Translations under genes and position numbers: made by a program | Notes under the pieces: model-generated | The model's database searches: none | Told to the model about the DNA's origin: nothing | Seen by the model: the letters and a program-made list of their open reading frames with translations, nothing else | In this document: positions 45,481 to 58,170 of the stretch, piece after piece | How positions within the stretch are numbered: the first letter of the stretch is position 1 | Layout: every line of letters starts with the position of its first letter | Source: an uncultured Clostridia bacterium | GTDB taxonomy: Bacteria; Bacillota; Clostridia; Christensenellales; Borkfalkiaceae | Reading direction: 5' to 3' | Assembly: GCA_934796775.1 (NCBI GenBank) | Contig: CAKVPH010000008.1 | Span: 19,136 to 83,135, forward strand | Length of the DNA: 64,000 bases

Positions 45481-46980
45481 ATGCTTAAATCACTTGAAAT
45501 TTATAACGAAACCAACAAAAAACTTAAAGCGTTAGGCTATGCCGGATACCTTATCGGCTGGGATATTCAAACCGAAGCTCCTAAACGCGCAAACCACTTT
45601 AAAGAAACCGAAACGCTATCCGAAATGCAATACAAACTGTCCACTTCGCCTGAGTATAAATGTGCGATAATCGACTTATACGCTCACTTATCCGAACTTG
45701 ACGAAGTTTTGGCTCATGAAATTACGCTTGCAAAAGAAGGCATAGAAAAACTTGAAAAAATTCCTATGGAGGAATATATCAGGTTTCAAAGCTTAACAAA
45801 CGAGTTTTATAACGTTTACGTAGACGCAAAACAAAACAACGATTTTAAATCGGCTTTGCCGTATTACGAAAAAATAGTTGACTATCGCAGAAGATACGTC
45901 AAGTGGCTCGAAACACCCGATAAAAAAGGCTACGACGTATTGCTTGACGAGTTTGAGCGCGATTTAACCATGAAAGACTGCGATGAATTTTTTACTCTCT
46001 TAAAAGAAAAGCTTGTTCCGCTTATTAAAGAAATTTCTCATAAAAAACCGCTTTTTGACGATTCTTTCAATAAAAAGATCTATCCTGCGGCAGGGCAGAA
46101 AGAGTTTCAGGAATACATAAGAAAAGTAATGGGCTTTAATCCCGATTACACTGTTGTAAAAGAGAGTGAACATCCGTTTACCACGAATAATACGGTTACG
46201 GACGTCAGAATCACAAATCATTTTTACGAAAATAATTTTACGAGTTCTATTTTTAGCGCAATTCACGAAATGGGACACGGGCTTTACGAGCTTCAATGCG
46301 ATCCTGAGTTAGACGAAACTATGAGCGCGGGCGGCGTAAGCATGGCAATGCACGAAAGTCAGTCGCGCCTTATGGAAAATATGATCGGGCGGAGCCGTGC
46401 CTTTTGGGAAACGCATTTTAAAAAGCTTTGCGAAATCTTTCCCGAAAATCTTAAAAACGTTACCGTAAACGATATGTTTTTGCTTTGCAACAGAGTAGAA
46501 TGCAGTTTAATAAGGACCGAAGCAGACGAACTTACCTATTCGTTGCATATTATGATCAGGTACGAAATAGAAAAAGCTCTTATTTCAGGCGAAATTGAAG
46601 CAAAAGATATTCCCGCAACCTGGAATAAACTGTACAAAAAGTATCTCGGCATAGACGTGCCGAATGACGGCAAGGGTTGTTTGCAGGACGTTCACTGGTG
46701 TTACGGTGAGTTCGGATATTTCCCGACCTACGCACTCGGCAGCGCATATGCGGCGCAGATTTACGACGCTATGGCAAAAGATCTGGATATAAATGAGGAA
46801 ATCAAATCGGGAACAGTAGCAGGACTTGAAAACTGGCTTAAAGAACATATTCATAAATACGGTTCGTCTAAGTTCAGTAAGGATATTCTCTTTATTGCGA
46901 CAAAAGAGAATTTTAATCCCGCTCATTATGTAAATTATCTTGTAAACAAGTATTCCGAAATTTACGGAATAAAAAAGTGA
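45481..46980 (+). CDS. M32 family carboxypeptidase (Taq-like)
   Basis: HPF, HEMGHG (HExxH), HESQS, IRTEADE and GCLQDVHW motifs; GGAGG RBS before ATG 45481. Confidence 0.85.
   Translation: MLKSLEIYNETNKKLKALGYAGYLIGWDIQTEAPKRANHFKETETLSEMQYKLSTSPEYKCAIIDLYAHLSELDEVLAHEITLAKEGIEKLEKIPMEEYIRFQSLTNEFYNVYVDAKQNNDFKSALPYYEKIVDYRRRYVKWLETPDKKGYDVLLDEFERDLTMKDCDEFFTLLKEKLVPLIKEISHKKPLFDDSFNKKIYPAAGQKEFQEYIRKVMGFNPDYTVVKESEHPFTTNNTVTDVRITNHFYENNFTSSIFSAIHEMGHGLYELQCDPELDETMSAGGVSMAMHESQSRLMENMIGRSRAFWETHFKKLCEIFPENLKNVTVNDMFLLCNRVECSLIRTEADELTYSLHIMIRYEIEKALISGEIEAKDIPATWNKLYKKYLGIDVPNDGKGCLQDVHWCYGEFGYFPTYALGSAYAAQIYDAMAKDLDINEEIKSGTVAGLENWLKEHIHKYGSSKFSKDILFIATKENFNPAHYVNYLVNKYSEIYGIKK
45664..45692 (+). 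repeat. dispersed motif, intragenic copy i
   Basis: GCGATAATCGACTTATACGCTCACTTATC; first 17 nt identical to copy d. Confidence 0.7.
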
Positions 46981-47014
46981 ATATGCCGATAACGAGCTTA
47001 TAGCGGCACTTTTA
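46979..47014 (+). repeat. dispersed 30-35 nt motif, copy e
   Basis: GAATATGCCGATAACGAGCTTATAGCGGCACTTTTAC, overlapping the stop codon of the M32 gene. Confidence 0.85.
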
Positions 47015-47137
47015 CTAAAAAATTGAACGATTTTGTCGTTTTTGTTCGTATTTTGTTTTTTCGGTAAAAGATATTTTTTATTGTTGCAAAATTACGGCAA
47101 AAGTTATATAATTTAAATAAAAAAACGGAGGCTTGAT

Positions 47138-47632
47138 ATGGCAAAGAAAAATTCAACGACCAAGTACAGAGTAAAGCCTAATAAAGACGTGGTTTCAAAA
47201 ATCATATCCGCAGCGGCTTTAATAGTTGTCGGCATACTGATGTGCATTTTTAAACAGCAGGTAATACAGTGGCTCATACTTATTTTGGGCGTAATGCTCA
47301 TAGTTAAAGGCGTGCTTGATTTTATGTCCGGCTTGACGGTTACCGGCGGAGTTGAAATAGTTTTGGGTATTTTAACGCTCGTATTCGGGTTTGCGTTTGT
47401 CCAGATTGCTGTAATCGTTTTAGGTGTAATCCTTGCACTCTACGGTGTATCCGGGCTTATGTACGGCGGTTATAAAAACTTATTCACGCTTGTTTATTGC
47501 ATAGTTTTAATCGTCGGCGGAGTAATGCTTGCATGCAACTCGTCGGCTGCTATCGACGGAATATTTATTGCCGTAGGCGTAATTCTTATCGTCGAAGGCG
47601 TTTTGTCTTTATTCGGTAAAAGAATTAAATAA
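47138..47632 (+). CDS. DUF308/HdeD-like small membrane protein
   Basis: 164 aa, five to six TM helices with repeated GV..I..G motifs. Confidence 0.5.
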   Translation: MAKKNSTTKYRVKPNKDVVSKIISAAALIVVGILMCIFKQQVIQWLILILGVMLIVKGVLDFMSGLTVTGGVEIVLGILTLVFGFAFVQIAVIVLGVILALYGVSGLMYGGYKNLFTLVYCIVLIVGGVMLACNSSAAIDGIFIAVGVILIVEGVLSLFGKRIK

Positions 47633-47651
47633 TCGGCGTTATAAAAGACGT

Positions 47652-47685
47652 AAAAAAGTCCGCTTGTAAAAGGCGGATTTTTTTA
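47652..47685 (+). terminator. rho-independent terminator
   Basis: TCCGCTT/AAGGCGGA stem with T7. Confidence 0.75.
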
Positions 47686-47765
47686 TGCCCGAAATGAACT
47701 TTTTTATATGTTTGCTTTAAAACTAAATTATAATTTACAAAAAGTTAAAACGTCTTAAAAATCGC

Positions 47766-47794
47766 TTTACATTTATATTATTATTATATATAAT
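47766..47794 (+). promoter_or_regulatory. sigma-A promoter of gyrBA
   Basis: TTTACA, 17 nt, TATAAT within a (TA)n-rich tract. Confidence 0.55.
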
Positions 47795-47887
47795 ATATAT
47801 ATTACTTCGCGCGCGACGATAATTAAAAAACGGCAAAAAAGCTTTATCGTTGTAAAACTTAGTAACAAACACGCTATGGCGCAATAA

Positions 47888-49867
<1,980 letters not shown>

Positions 49868-49896
49868 GGCATTTTGCGAAAGGAGGAATCAGAGAA

Positions 49897-52692
49897 ATGG
49901 CAAAAAAAGAATTTAACGCCGAGCTGACGGCGGAATTTCGCAAAACGCTCGATATGACTAACATAATCAACGTTGAAGTAGACAGAGAACTTAAAAAATC
50001 GTTTATAGCGTACGCTATGGCGGTAAACGTTTCCCGTGCTATTCCCGACGTAAGAGACGGTTTAAAACCCGTTCACAGAAGAATACTTTACTCGATGAGC
50101 GAAATGGGCTTAACGCCCGATAAGGCATACAAAAAATGTGCTGCAATCGTCGGTGACGTTCTCGGTAAATATCACCCACACGGCGACAGTTCGGTTTACG
50201 ACGCGCTCGTAAGAATGGCGCAGGACTTTTCAATTAACCTGCCGCTTGTAGACGGACACGGAAACTTCGGTTCGGTTGACGGCGATCCACCCGCGGCATA
50301 CCGTTATACCGAAGCGAGAATGAGCAAACTCGCTCTCGAAATGCTTCGCGATATCGACAAAGAAACGGTTGATTTTTATCCCAACTTCGACGATACGAGA
50401 ATGCAGCCTACCGTGCTTCCCGCAAGATACCCCAACATTCTGGTAAACGGATCCGACGGTATAGCCGTAGGTATGGCTACAAACATTCCGCCTCACAACT
50501 TAAACGAAGTAATAAACGGAACGATTGCTTTAATCGAAAATCCCGAAATAACCATAGAAGAGCTTATGACTCATATTCCCGCACCGGATTTTCCGACGGG
50601 CGCGATTCTTATGGGCAGGGCGGGCATTAAAAACGCCTTTATGACGGGCAGAGGCAATTACATTCTCCGCAGTAAATGCGAAATAGAGGACTTTGCTAAC
50701 GGTACGCGCCACAGAATAGTTGTAACCGAGCTTCCGTATCAGGTAAACAAACAAAAACTTATAGAATACATTGCAGACCTTGTAAAACAAAAGAGAATCG
50801 ACGGCATTGCCGATATCAACGACGAATCCGACAGACAGGGTATGCGTATAGTTATAGACGTAAAGAAGGATGCAAATCCGCAGGTTGTATTAAACACGCT
50901 GTATAAGCACACCGATCTCCAGAAGAGCGACGGCATAATAATGCTTGCGCTTTTAGACGGCGAGCCTAAGATCATGAACCTTAAACAGGTGCTTGAAGCT
51001 TACGTTAAACATCAGGTTGACGTTGTAACAAGAAGCACCAAATACGACCTTGCAAAAACCGAAGAACGCGAACATATAGTTAAAGGACTTGTTATTGCGC
51101 TTGCTTCTATCGACGAAGTTATCGCAATAATCAAAAAATCGCGCGACCGTCAGGACGCTCAGGCAAACCTTATTTCGGCTTTTGAACTTGACGAAAAACA
51201 AGCCAACGCAATACTCGATATGCGTTTGCAAAGACTTACTTCTTTAGAAGTAGAAAAGCTCAAACAGGAACTCGAAGAACTGGACAAAATAATGGCTGAC
51301 CTTCGTGATATACTGCAAAAACCCGAAAGAGTGCTTGCAATCATCAAAAACGACCTTATCGCAATGCGTGATAAATATCCCACGCCCAGAAAGACCGAAC
51401 TTTCTTACGACGAAAGCGAAATCGATCTTGCCGACCTTGTTAAAAAGGAAGACGTCGTTATCAGTATCACGCACTTCGGCTACGTCAAACGTCTTTCGCT
51501 CGAAGAATACAGATCTCAACGCCGCGGCGGCAGGGGCGTAACCGCTCATAAACCTAAGGAAGAAGATTTCGTTGAAGACATGTTCGTTTCTTCCACGCAC
51601 GACAGGCTGCTGTTCTTTACCAACTTCGGTAAGGTTTACAGGCTGATGGGTTACGAAATACCCGAAGCTATGAAAGCCGCAAGGGGTAGAGCGATAGTCA
51701 ATCTGTTGCAGTTAGAACCGGGTGAACATCCTTCTGCGATTATCCCGCTTAACGCTGTAGTCGGAGATGATAACGAGATCACAGTAGGCGAAAACGTAAC
51801 CGAAATCGAGCTTACCGATTTAAACGAAAACGGCGAAACTCCTGCTGAAAATACAAACGAAACTGTATCGGTTGAAAACGCTGAAAGTGCCGATAACGGT
51901 GCTATAGAGGGGGATTTAGGTGTAAAAGATAATGCTTATATCGTTATGGCGACCAAGCGCGGACTTATTAAAAAGACTGCCGTTTCCGAATTTAACAATA
52001 TCAGAAAGACCGGTAAGATTGCAATAAGACTTAACGAAGGCGACGAACTTATTTCCGTTCAGGTTGCTTCCGGCGACGATGAAATAATAGTTGCTTCTAA
52101 CGCAGGTAAATGTATAAGATTCTCCGAACACGACGTTCGTCCTATGGGCAGAGATACGCAGGGCGTAAGAGCTATGCTTATAGACGATGACGACGCCGTC
52201 GTGGATATGACGGTTATAAAAGAAGGTTACGACATTTTAACTATCAGCCGTCACGGCTTCGGTAAACGTTCTGACGTTGAAGATTACCGTCTGCAATCGC
52301 GTGGCGGTAAGGGTATAAAAGCCGGCGTGTTTAACGAAAAGACCGGTAACCTTGCATGTTTGAAACTTGTTAAAGACGACGAAGATCTTATGATTATTGC
52401 CGATAACGGTATAATTATAAGAACGGCTGCGGCAGGCATTTCAAAGATCGGAAGAGATACAAAGGGCGTTACCATAATGAAGCTTGGCGACGCAATAGTT
52501 AAATCGGTGGCGGTAGTCCCGCACAGCGAAGAACAGCCGGACGACGAAACGGAAGAATCGGCTGAAAGCGTTGTAAGCGAAGCTAATGAAAACGCAAATG
52601 TCGAAAATCAGGACGCTCAGAGCACGGATACTCAAGCTGTAGAAGGCGAAACACAAAATACAGCCGACGATAATTCCGATGATAACATCTAA
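49897..52692 (+). CDS. gyrA: DNA gyrase subunit A (with an acidic insertion and an acidic C-terminal tail)
   Basis: [31 protein letters not shown], active-site region [10 protein letters not shown], beta-pinwheel C-terminal domain. Confidence 0.95.
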   Translation: MAKKEFNAELTAEFRKTLDMTNIINVEVDRELKKSFIAYAMAVNVSRAIPDVRDGLKPVHRRILYSMSEMGLTPDKAYKKCAAIVGDVLGKYHPHGDSSVYDALVRMAQDFSINLPLVDGHGNFGSVDGDPPAAYRYTEARMSKLALEMLRDIDKETVDFYPNFDDTRMQPTVLPARYPNILVNGSDGIAVGMATNIPPHNLNEVINGTIALIENPEITIEELMTHIPAPDFPTGAILMGRAGIKNAFMTGRGNYILRSKCEIEDFANGTRHRIVVTELPYQVNKQKLIEYIADLVKQKRIDGIADINDESDRQGMRIVIDVKKDANPQVVLNTLYKHTDLQKSDGIIMLALLDGEPKIMNLKQVLEAYVKHQVDVVTRSTKYDLAKTEEREHIVKGLVIALASIDEVIAIIKKSRDRQDAQANLISAFELDEKQANAILDMRLQRLTSLEVEKLKQELEELDKIMADLRDILQKPERVLAIIKNDLIAMRDKYPTPRKTELSYDESEIDLADLVKKEDVVISITHFGYVKRLSLEEYRSQRRGGRGVTAHKPKEEDFVEDMFVSSTHDRLLFFTNFGKVYRLMGYEIPEAMKAARGRAIVNLLQLEPGEHPSAIIPLNAVVGDDNEITVGENVTEIELTDLNENGETPAENTNETVSVENAESADNGAIEGDLGVKDNAYIVMATKRGLIKKTAVSEFNNIRKTGKIAIRLNEGDELISVQVASGDDEIIVASNAGKCIRFSEHDVRPMGRDTQGVRAMLIDDDDAVVDMTVIKEGYDILTISRHGFGKRSDVEDYRLQSRGGKGIKAGVFNEKTGNLACLKLVKDDEDLMIIADNGIIIRTAAAGISKIGRDTKGVTIMKLGDAIVKSVAVVPHSEEQPDDETEESAESVVSEANENANVENQDAQSTDTQAVEGETQNTADDNSDDNI

Positions 52693-52714
52693 GAATAATT
52701 TGTTTTAAAAAAAT

Positions 52715-52760
52715 AAAACAAGGTGCGGGGCAATTTTGTTCCGCACCGAATTTATTTAAA
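52715..52760 (+). terminator. probable terminator of gyrA
   Basis: GGTGCGG/CCGCACC stem; weak T tail. Confidence 0.5.
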
Positions 52761-52821
52761 TAGCTTAACAAATGAATTTATTTTAAAAACTCAATTTTAA
52801 TTAGAATAAAAAACTAAATTT

Positions 52822-53598
52822 ATGTATGAATTTTTAACGTTAGCCATTCCGTTTGCCGGCACAACGCTCGGCGCGATGATGGTATTCTTTATGAAAGATA
52901 AAGTAAGCCCTAAAATAGAAAAAGTACTTTTAGGGTTTGCTTCCGGCGTTATGATTGCGGCTTCGGTATGGTCGCTTTTAATACCGTCAATAAACCTTGC
53001 GGGGCTAAGCGGCGGAGTTGCCTGGGTGCCTGCGGCGGTTGGCTTTTTGCTCGGCATAGGCTTTTTGCTTTTAATAGACGTTCTCGTGCCGCACCTGCAT
53101 CTTCACGACGATAAACCTGAAGGCGTAAAAAGCGAACTTAAAAAAACGACTATGATGTTGCTTGCCGTAACAATACATAACATTCCCGAAGGAATGGCTG
53201 TAGGCGTAACGCTTGCCGGCGCACTTGCGGGCAATGCGGGAATAACGCTGTCGGGCGCGATTGCTTTATCAATAGGTATCGCTATTCAAAATTTCCCCGA
53301 AGGCGCAATAGTTTCCATGCCGCTTAAAGGCGAGGGCATGAAAAAAGGCAAAGCCTTTTTAATGGGAGTGCTTTCGGGTATAGTAGAACCTATCGGCGGA
53401 CTTTTAACTTTGCTTTTAATAAATGTTGTTCAACCGCTTTTGCCGTACTTTTTATCCTTTGCGGCGGGAGCTATGATTTACGTCGTGGTAGAAGAACTTA
53501 TCCCCGAAGCGCAAAGCGGAGAGCATAGCAACATATCCACAATAGGCGTAGCTTTAGGTTTTGTGCTTATGATGGTGTTAGACGTAGCACTCGGATAA
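52822..53598 (+). CDS. ZIP family metal (zinc) transporter
   Basis: HNIPEGMAVG and QNFPEG motifs; eight TM helices. Confidence 0.8.
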   Translation: MYEFLTLAIPFAGTTLGAMMVFFMKDKVSPKIEKVLLGFASGVMIAASVWSLLIPSINLAGLSGGVAWVPAAVGFLLGIGFLLLIDVLVPHLHLHDDKPEGVKSELKKTTMMLLAVTIHNIPEGMAVGVTLAGALAGNAGITLSGAIALSIGIAIQNFPEGAIVSMPLKGEGMKKGKAFLMGVLSGIVEPIGGLLTLLLINVVQPLLPYFLSFAAGAMIYVVVEELIPEAQSGEHSNISTIGVALGFVLMMVLDVALG

Positions 53599-53655
53599 CA
53601 TAACCTAAGGTTGTAGGCTGAAAAAGACTTTTTATAAGCTTTTCTTTTGCTTATT

Positions 53656-53732
53656 CTGCATATAAATATCTGCATATAAAAATCAAATAATAAGGGTTAT
53701 CTGCATATTTTTTAGCAATTTATATGCAGATA
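53656..53732. repeat. cluster of four TATCTGCATAT(A/T) motifs (3 direct, 1 inverted)
   Basis: CTGCATAT at 53656, 53670 and 53701; inverted ATATGCAG at 53722; copies 3 and 4 form a 12-bp inverted repeat. Confidence 0.85.
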
Positions 53733-53750
53733 TATTTACTGATAACCGCA

Positions 53751-53790
53751 AACAACGCCGCAGGCAGATAAAAAAGCCCGCGGCGTTGTT
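53751..53790 (+). other. 11-bp stem hairpin (possible terminator or processing structure)
   Basis: AACAACGCCGC ... GCGGCGTTGTT with an 18-nt loop; weak T tail. Confidence 0.5.
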
Positions 53791-53814
53791 AGTTTATTCT
53801 GCTTAACCTATGCT

Positions 53815-53844
53815 GCATAATAGACTAAAAAAAAGAGCATAATA
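53815..53844 (+). promoter_or_regulatory. putative forespore sigma-G type promoter of spoVT
   Basis: GCATA, 18 nt, CATAATA fits GHATR-N18-CATXHTA; 39 nt upstream of the spoVT start. Confidence 0.55.
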
Positions 53845-53882
53845 TCCTTTGAGAAAAACGGCGTTTTGCCGCGGAGGTTTTT

Positions 53883-54440
53883 ATGAAAAAAAGCGGACTT
53901 ATCAGAATGGACGAAGTAGGTCGTATCGTTTTGCCTAAAGAAATAAGAAAAGTATTAAAACTCGATAAAGAACGACTTGTCGAATTATATATCGAAAAAG
54001 ACAAACTGATCATAAAAAAATATTCGCCCGTGCAAAATCATATCGTAAGAGCAAAAAAAATATGCGAAACTCTTGCTAAACAAAATAATTGTATTTGCGT
54101 TATCTGCGATACGGCTAAAATTGTTTGCGTTTCGGGCGAAGCTTTAACAAATATCGTGGGCAAAAAAATTTCGCCCGAAGTATATTCCATGGTTCAGGGC
54201 GGTGCGCCCGTGCTTATTAACACGATAGAAGGAGCTACGCCAAAATCTATAGTTGACGGGCTTGAAATCGAGTATTGTTCGCTTGCGGCAATACCTATAG
54301 AGCAGGAAGAATGCCCTATAGGTTTGATTGCGCTTGTCGGAACGGATAAAGAAGTAAGCTTTTCAGACTGCGACGTACGCCTTTTAAAACTTGCAAAAGA
54401 TTTAATCGAGGCGTCCTGCATAACCGAAAACGAGGAATAA
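53883..54440 (+). CDS. spoVT: stage V sporulation protein T (AbrB-type N-terminus plus GAF-like C-terminus)
   Basis: MDEVGRIVLPKEIRKVL ... IIKKYSP parallels B. subtilis SpoVT; length and spoVT-yabM-yabN synteny agree. Confidence 0.8.
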   Translation: MKKSGLIRMDEVGRIVLPKEIRKVLKLDKERLVELYIEKDKLIIKKYSPVQNHIVRAKKICETLAKQNNCICVICDTAKIVCVSGEALTNIVGKKISPEVYSMVQGGAPVLINTIEGATPKSIVDGLEIEYCSLAAIPIEQEECPIGLIALVGTDKEVSFSDCDVRLLKLAKDLIEASCITENEE

Positions 54441-54441
54441 A

Positions 54442-55854
54442 ATGAGAGTGATTCAAAAAGTAGAACAGCGTTTCGGCGCGGCGGAAGGAACCATGCTCGG
54501 AATGATCTGCGTCGTTATAGTAAAGGCAATAGGTGCGCTTTATAAAATTCCGCTGTGCAACCTGCTCGGCGGCTACGCCGTAGGACTTTATCAGATGATT
54601 TTCCCCGTGTTCTCGATTATGTTGGTGCTTTCAGGTTCGGGTGTTCCGCTTGCTTTAACAAAACTTATTTCAAGCGGATACGACGGAAAAGAAACCTTAA
54701 AAAAGAGTCTGCTTGTTTTTTCGGCTTGCGGACTTTTTTTTACGTTGGTTTTGTTCTTTTTCGGCAAAAATATTGCGCAGTTGCAGGGGAATATTCAAGC
54801 GAAAAAATTATATAAAGCAATATCGCCGTCGGTATTTTTAGTGTCGCAAATTGCGTGTTTCAGGGGGTATTTTCAGGGCAAAAGCAACTTAAAACCCACT
54901 GCGTTTTCGCAAGTTATCGAGCAGGTCGTAAAGTGCGTTATCGGTACTATAGCCGCATATTTCTTACCGGTCGGTAATGTAGAAAAGGCTTTTTATGCAT
55001 GCATTGCGGTAACTGTGTCCGAAATTTTCGCGCTCATGTATTTTATAGTGCTTTACATTAAAAAACTTAAAAATGAGAACGCAAAAAAATCGGATTTACA
55101 AACTAATTTAAAAAAAGACGAGCAAGATGCATTCGAACAGGGAACAATTCCCACATACAAGGATATTTTTGTGTACGTTCTGCCGCTTACGTTAACCGCG
55201 CTAAGCCTTCCGATCGCCGCTATATGCGATAGTTTTATAGCCATAAACGTCTTAAAAAAGAGCTTTGGAGAAAGAGCTACCGAATTATACGGATTGTACG
55301 GCGGCGCGGTGGAAACTATAATCGGCTTGCCGTCCGCCGCTTTAATGTGTTTTGCAACCGGAGTTTTGCCCAAAATGAACAAGGAAAAAAACGGCGACTT
55401 AATCGCATTAAAAGTGACGTTTGTTTTATCTGCGCTTTGCGCCGTATTCGTAGCAATTTTTCCGTCTTTTATAGTTAAATTATTGTTTGGCGGGCTTAAA
55501 AACAAAGAGCTTTTAATAAAAATGCTTCGCGTTTCGGCAATAAATATAGTTATGCTGTGTTTATTGCAGACCTCGTCTGCCGTAATGCTTTCCAAAGGCA
55601 AACAAAAAGTGTCGTGTATATTTACGACGGTTGGCGCGGGTTTTAAAATTTTACTCGACTTTTTACTCATTCCATTGCCCGAAATCAATATTTTCGGACT
55701 GATTATTTCGGATTTTGGCTGTTATTTTCTTGCGTTAAGTCTGAATATATTATATATTTATAAGGTAAACACCGTAAAAAGGAAGCAAAGCTATGAGAAT
55801 AACGCTGATAGGTTTGGGCGTAGGCTCGGACGGAGTATCGATAAAAGCACTTGA
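54442..55854 (+). CDS. MOP-superfamily polysaccharide-biosynthesis/flippase-like protein (YabM/SpoVB-like)
   Basis: 470 aa, about 14 TM helices, immediately after spoVT as in Bacillus. Confidence 0.7.
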   Translation: MRVIQKVEQRFGAAEGTMLGMICVVIVKAIGALYKIPLCNLLGGYAVGLYQMIFPVFSIMLVLSGSGVPLALTKLISSGYDGKETLKKSLLVFSACGLFFTLVLFFFGKNIAQLQGNIQAKKLYKAISPSVFLVSQIACFRGYFQGKSNLKPTAFSQVIEQVVKCVIGTIAAYFLPVGNVEKAFYACIAVTVSEIFALMYFIVLYIKKLKNENAKKSDLQTNLKKDEQDAFEQGTIPTYKDIFVYVLPLTLTALSLPIAAICDSFIAINVLKKSFGERATELYGLYGGAVETIIGLPSAALMCFATGVLPKMNKEKNGDLIALKVTFVLSALCAVFVAIFPSFIVKLLFGGLKNKELLIKMLRVSAINIVMLCLLQTSSAVMLSKGKQKVSCIFTTVGAGFKILLDFLLIPLPEINIFGLIISDFGCYFLALSLNILYIYKVNTVKRKQSYENNADRFGRRLGRSIDKST

Positions 55855-57199
55855 CGTATTGCGCGCAAGTAGCTGTATAATTTGCAAAACTGCGCTTACT
55901 CAAAGTGCGAATATCTTTGAAAAATACTCGATAAACGTGACGTATCTTGACGATATGTTCTCAAAATCCCGCAATTTTGATACGTTAAACCATAAACTTG
56001 CCGCATACGTTATACAAAAAAGCAAGATCGAACCGGTTGTGTATTGCGTTGACGGTAGCGTTACCGACGATAATTCCTGTGCCGAAATTTTAAAAAAATG
56101 CAAGGACGTGCAAGTTATAGACGGCGTTTCGCATAGCCTTTCGGTATTATCTAAGCTGACCGGCAGGGGCGGTTACACCGCGCTTTCGGCGTATAATGCG
56201 GACGATTTTTCGCTGAGCGTTGTAAGACCGTTCGTGTTATACGATATAGATAATCAGTTTGTTGCCGCCGACTGGAAGTTAAGGCTTACCGACGCATTCG
56301 GCGATACCGCGCCCGCGGTTTTGTATATAGACGGCAAAGCAGAAAATATTCCGCTTTATATGCTCGATACGTTTGAAAAATACGATTACACTACTGTTTT
56401 AGTGGTTTTTAAACAGGATTTTTTACATAAAGAGCGTTTTTGCGTTGACGATTTATTTAAAATTATCTATGCGCTCAGGGCTGAAAACGGCTGTCCGTGG
56501 GATAAAGTTCAAACGCGCGACAGTATAAGCAAAAACCTTTTGGAAGAGTGTTACGAGCTTTACGACGCCATAAAACGCGACGACAGCACCGATATGATCG
56601 AAGAAAGCGGGGACGTTTTATTACAGCTCGTGTTTCAAACGGTGTTCGGCGAAGAAAAGCACGAATATTTAAGAAGCGACGTGGTTTCCGGCATATGTTC
56701 CAAGCTGATTTTCAGGCACAGCCACGTTTTCGGTACGGATAAAGCCAAAAACGGCGACGAAGCTTTAGACGTTTGGGAAAAGAATAAAAGCATAGAAAAA
56801 GGCTATTCGAGCGGCTCGGAATATCTGTCGCTCGTGCCGAGCAGTTTTCCCGCGCTCATGCGCGCGCAAAAGTTGCAAAAGCGCGCCGCAAAATACAACT
56901 TCGATTTTTCTCAGATAGACCAAATTTACGGCAAGATAAACGAAGAATGTGACGAAATAAAAAACGCCGCGTCATGCGGCGGCGATATAGCCGAAGAAAT
57001 AGGCGACCTATTATTTACGGCAGTAAACCTTGCAAGGTTTTACCACGTTGATGCAGAAGAAGCCTTGTATAAGTCCAACGAAAAATTTTTCAAGCGTTTT
57101 TGCGCCCTTGAAAGTGCAGTAAAAAAAGACGGTAAAGACTTGAAAAATATGACCGAAGAAGAGATAGATAAATACTACAATGAACTTAAAAAGTCTTGA
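55793..57199 (+). CDS. YabN-like fusion: tetrapyrrole-methylase-like domain plus MazG NTP pyrophosphohydrolase
   Basis: N-terminal MRITLIGLGVG; C-terminal MazG motifs (CPWDKVQT, EE.YE, GDVLLQ); overlaps the upstream gene by 62 nt. Confidence 0.75.
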   Translation: MRITLIGLGVGSDGVSIKALDVLRASSCIICKTALTQSANIFEKYSINVTYLDDMFSKSRNFDTLNHKLAAYVIQKSKIEPVVYCVDGSVTDDNSCAEILKKCKDVQVIDGVSHSLSVLSKLTGRGGYTALSAYNADDFSLSVVRPFVLYDIDNQFVAADWKLRLTDAFGDTAPAVLYIDGKAENIPLYMLDTFEKYDYTTVLVVFKQDFLHKERFCVDDLFKIIYALRAENGCPWDKVQTRDSISKNLLEECYELYDAIKRDDSTDMIEESGDVLLQLVFQTVFGEEKHEYLRSDVVSGICSKLIFRHSHVFGTDKAKNGDEALDVWEKNKSIEKGYSSGSEYLSLVPSSFPALMRAQKLQKRAAKYNFDFSQIDQIYGKINEECDEIKNAASCGGDIAEEIGDLLFTAVNLARFYHVDAEEALYKSNEKFFKRFCALESAVKKDGKDLKNMTEEEIDKYYNELKKS

Positions 57200-58133
57200 T
57201 ATAGGTCGATTAACGCTACGTAACAACATTTTAGTATCGCCTATGGCAGGCTATACCGATTACGCTTTTCGCGCCCTTTGCTACAAACTCGGCGCAGGGG
57301 CTTGCGTAACCGAAATGGTTTCGGCAAAGGGGCTTATTTACAAAAACGAGAATACCGAATTTTTACTGCGGCGCGACAAGGAAGAAAAAGTTTCCATTGC
57401 TCAGATTTTCGGTTGTGATCCCGATATTATGTGCATGGCATGCGAAAGCGAAGCGTTAAAGCCGTTTGACATAATCGATATAAATATGGGCTGTCCGGTA
57501 AATAAAATTTACTCAAACGGTGAAGGCAGCCGCCTTATGGAAAAGCCCGATTTAGCTGAAAAAATTGTTAAATCGTGCTGCAATTCCGGTAAAACAATTA
57601 CTGTAAAGTTTCGCGCCGGAATACGCGATAACGAACTTATAGCGGCAGATTTCGGTAAAAGAATGGAACAAGCGGGCGCAAAACTTATAACCGTTCACGG
57701 CAGAACTAAAGAAGGAATGTACAGTGGAAAAGTCCACTATGACGAAATAGCAAAGCTTAAAAAATCCGTGCAAATTCCGGTTATTGCAAACGGCGGAATT
57801 TTTACCGCGAGTGATGCCGACAAAATGATAGAACTAACGGGAGCCGACGGGGTAGGGCTTGCCCGCGGCGTGATATTCGATCCTTTGCTTATATCCCGAA
57901 TTACAGGCATGCAAACTGATATGACCGTAAAAGATTGTGCGTTTTATTTAATGGATAAAAGGCGTGAATTTATGCACGACAAGTTAGTCGCTCACGCAAT
58001 GCGAAAGACTTTGGCGGGGCTTTTAAAAGGCGTACGAGGCGGCAAAAATGCAAAATTAAAGATATTTGCAGCCGAAAGTACCGACGAACTAAAACAAATT
58101 TTAAACGAAGTATTTGAGGAAAATATAATATAA
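57180..58133 (+). CDS. dus: tRNA-dihydrouridine synthase
   Basis: SPMAGYTD, DINMGCP, VHGRT and ANGGI motifs. Confidence 0.85.
   Translation: MNLKSLDIGRLTLRNNILVSPMAGYTDYAFRALCYKLGAGACVTEMVSAKGLIYKNENTEFLLRRDKEEKVSIAQIFGCDPDIMCMACESEALKPFDIIDINMGCPVNKIYSNGEGSRLMEKPDLAEKIVKSCCNSGKTITVKFRAGIRDNELIAADFGKRMEQAGAKLITVHGRTKEGMYSGKVHYDEIAKLKKSVQIPVIANGGIFTASDADKMIELTGADGVGLARGVIFDPLLISRITGMQTDMTVKDCAFYLMDKRREFMHDKLVAHAMRKTLAGLLKGVRGGKNAKLKIFAAESTDELKQILNEVFEENII
57191..57220 (-). repeat. dispersed motif, intragenic copy h (dus codons 4-13)
   Basis: AAAAAGTCTTGATATAGGTCGATTAACGCT is 27/30 identical to copy a on the plus strand. Confidence 0.75.
57627..57647 (+). repeat. dispersed motif, intragenic copy f (dus)
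   Basis: GATAACGAACTTATAGCGGCA is 21/21 identical to 6855-6875. Confidence 0.8.
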
Positions 58134-58136
58134 AAA

Positions 58137-58170
58137 TAAAAAAAATCGGCTTAGATAACCGATTTTTTTG
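58137..58170 (+). terminator. rho-independent terminator of dus
   Basis: AAAATCGG/CCGATTTT stem with T7. Confidence 0.75.
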
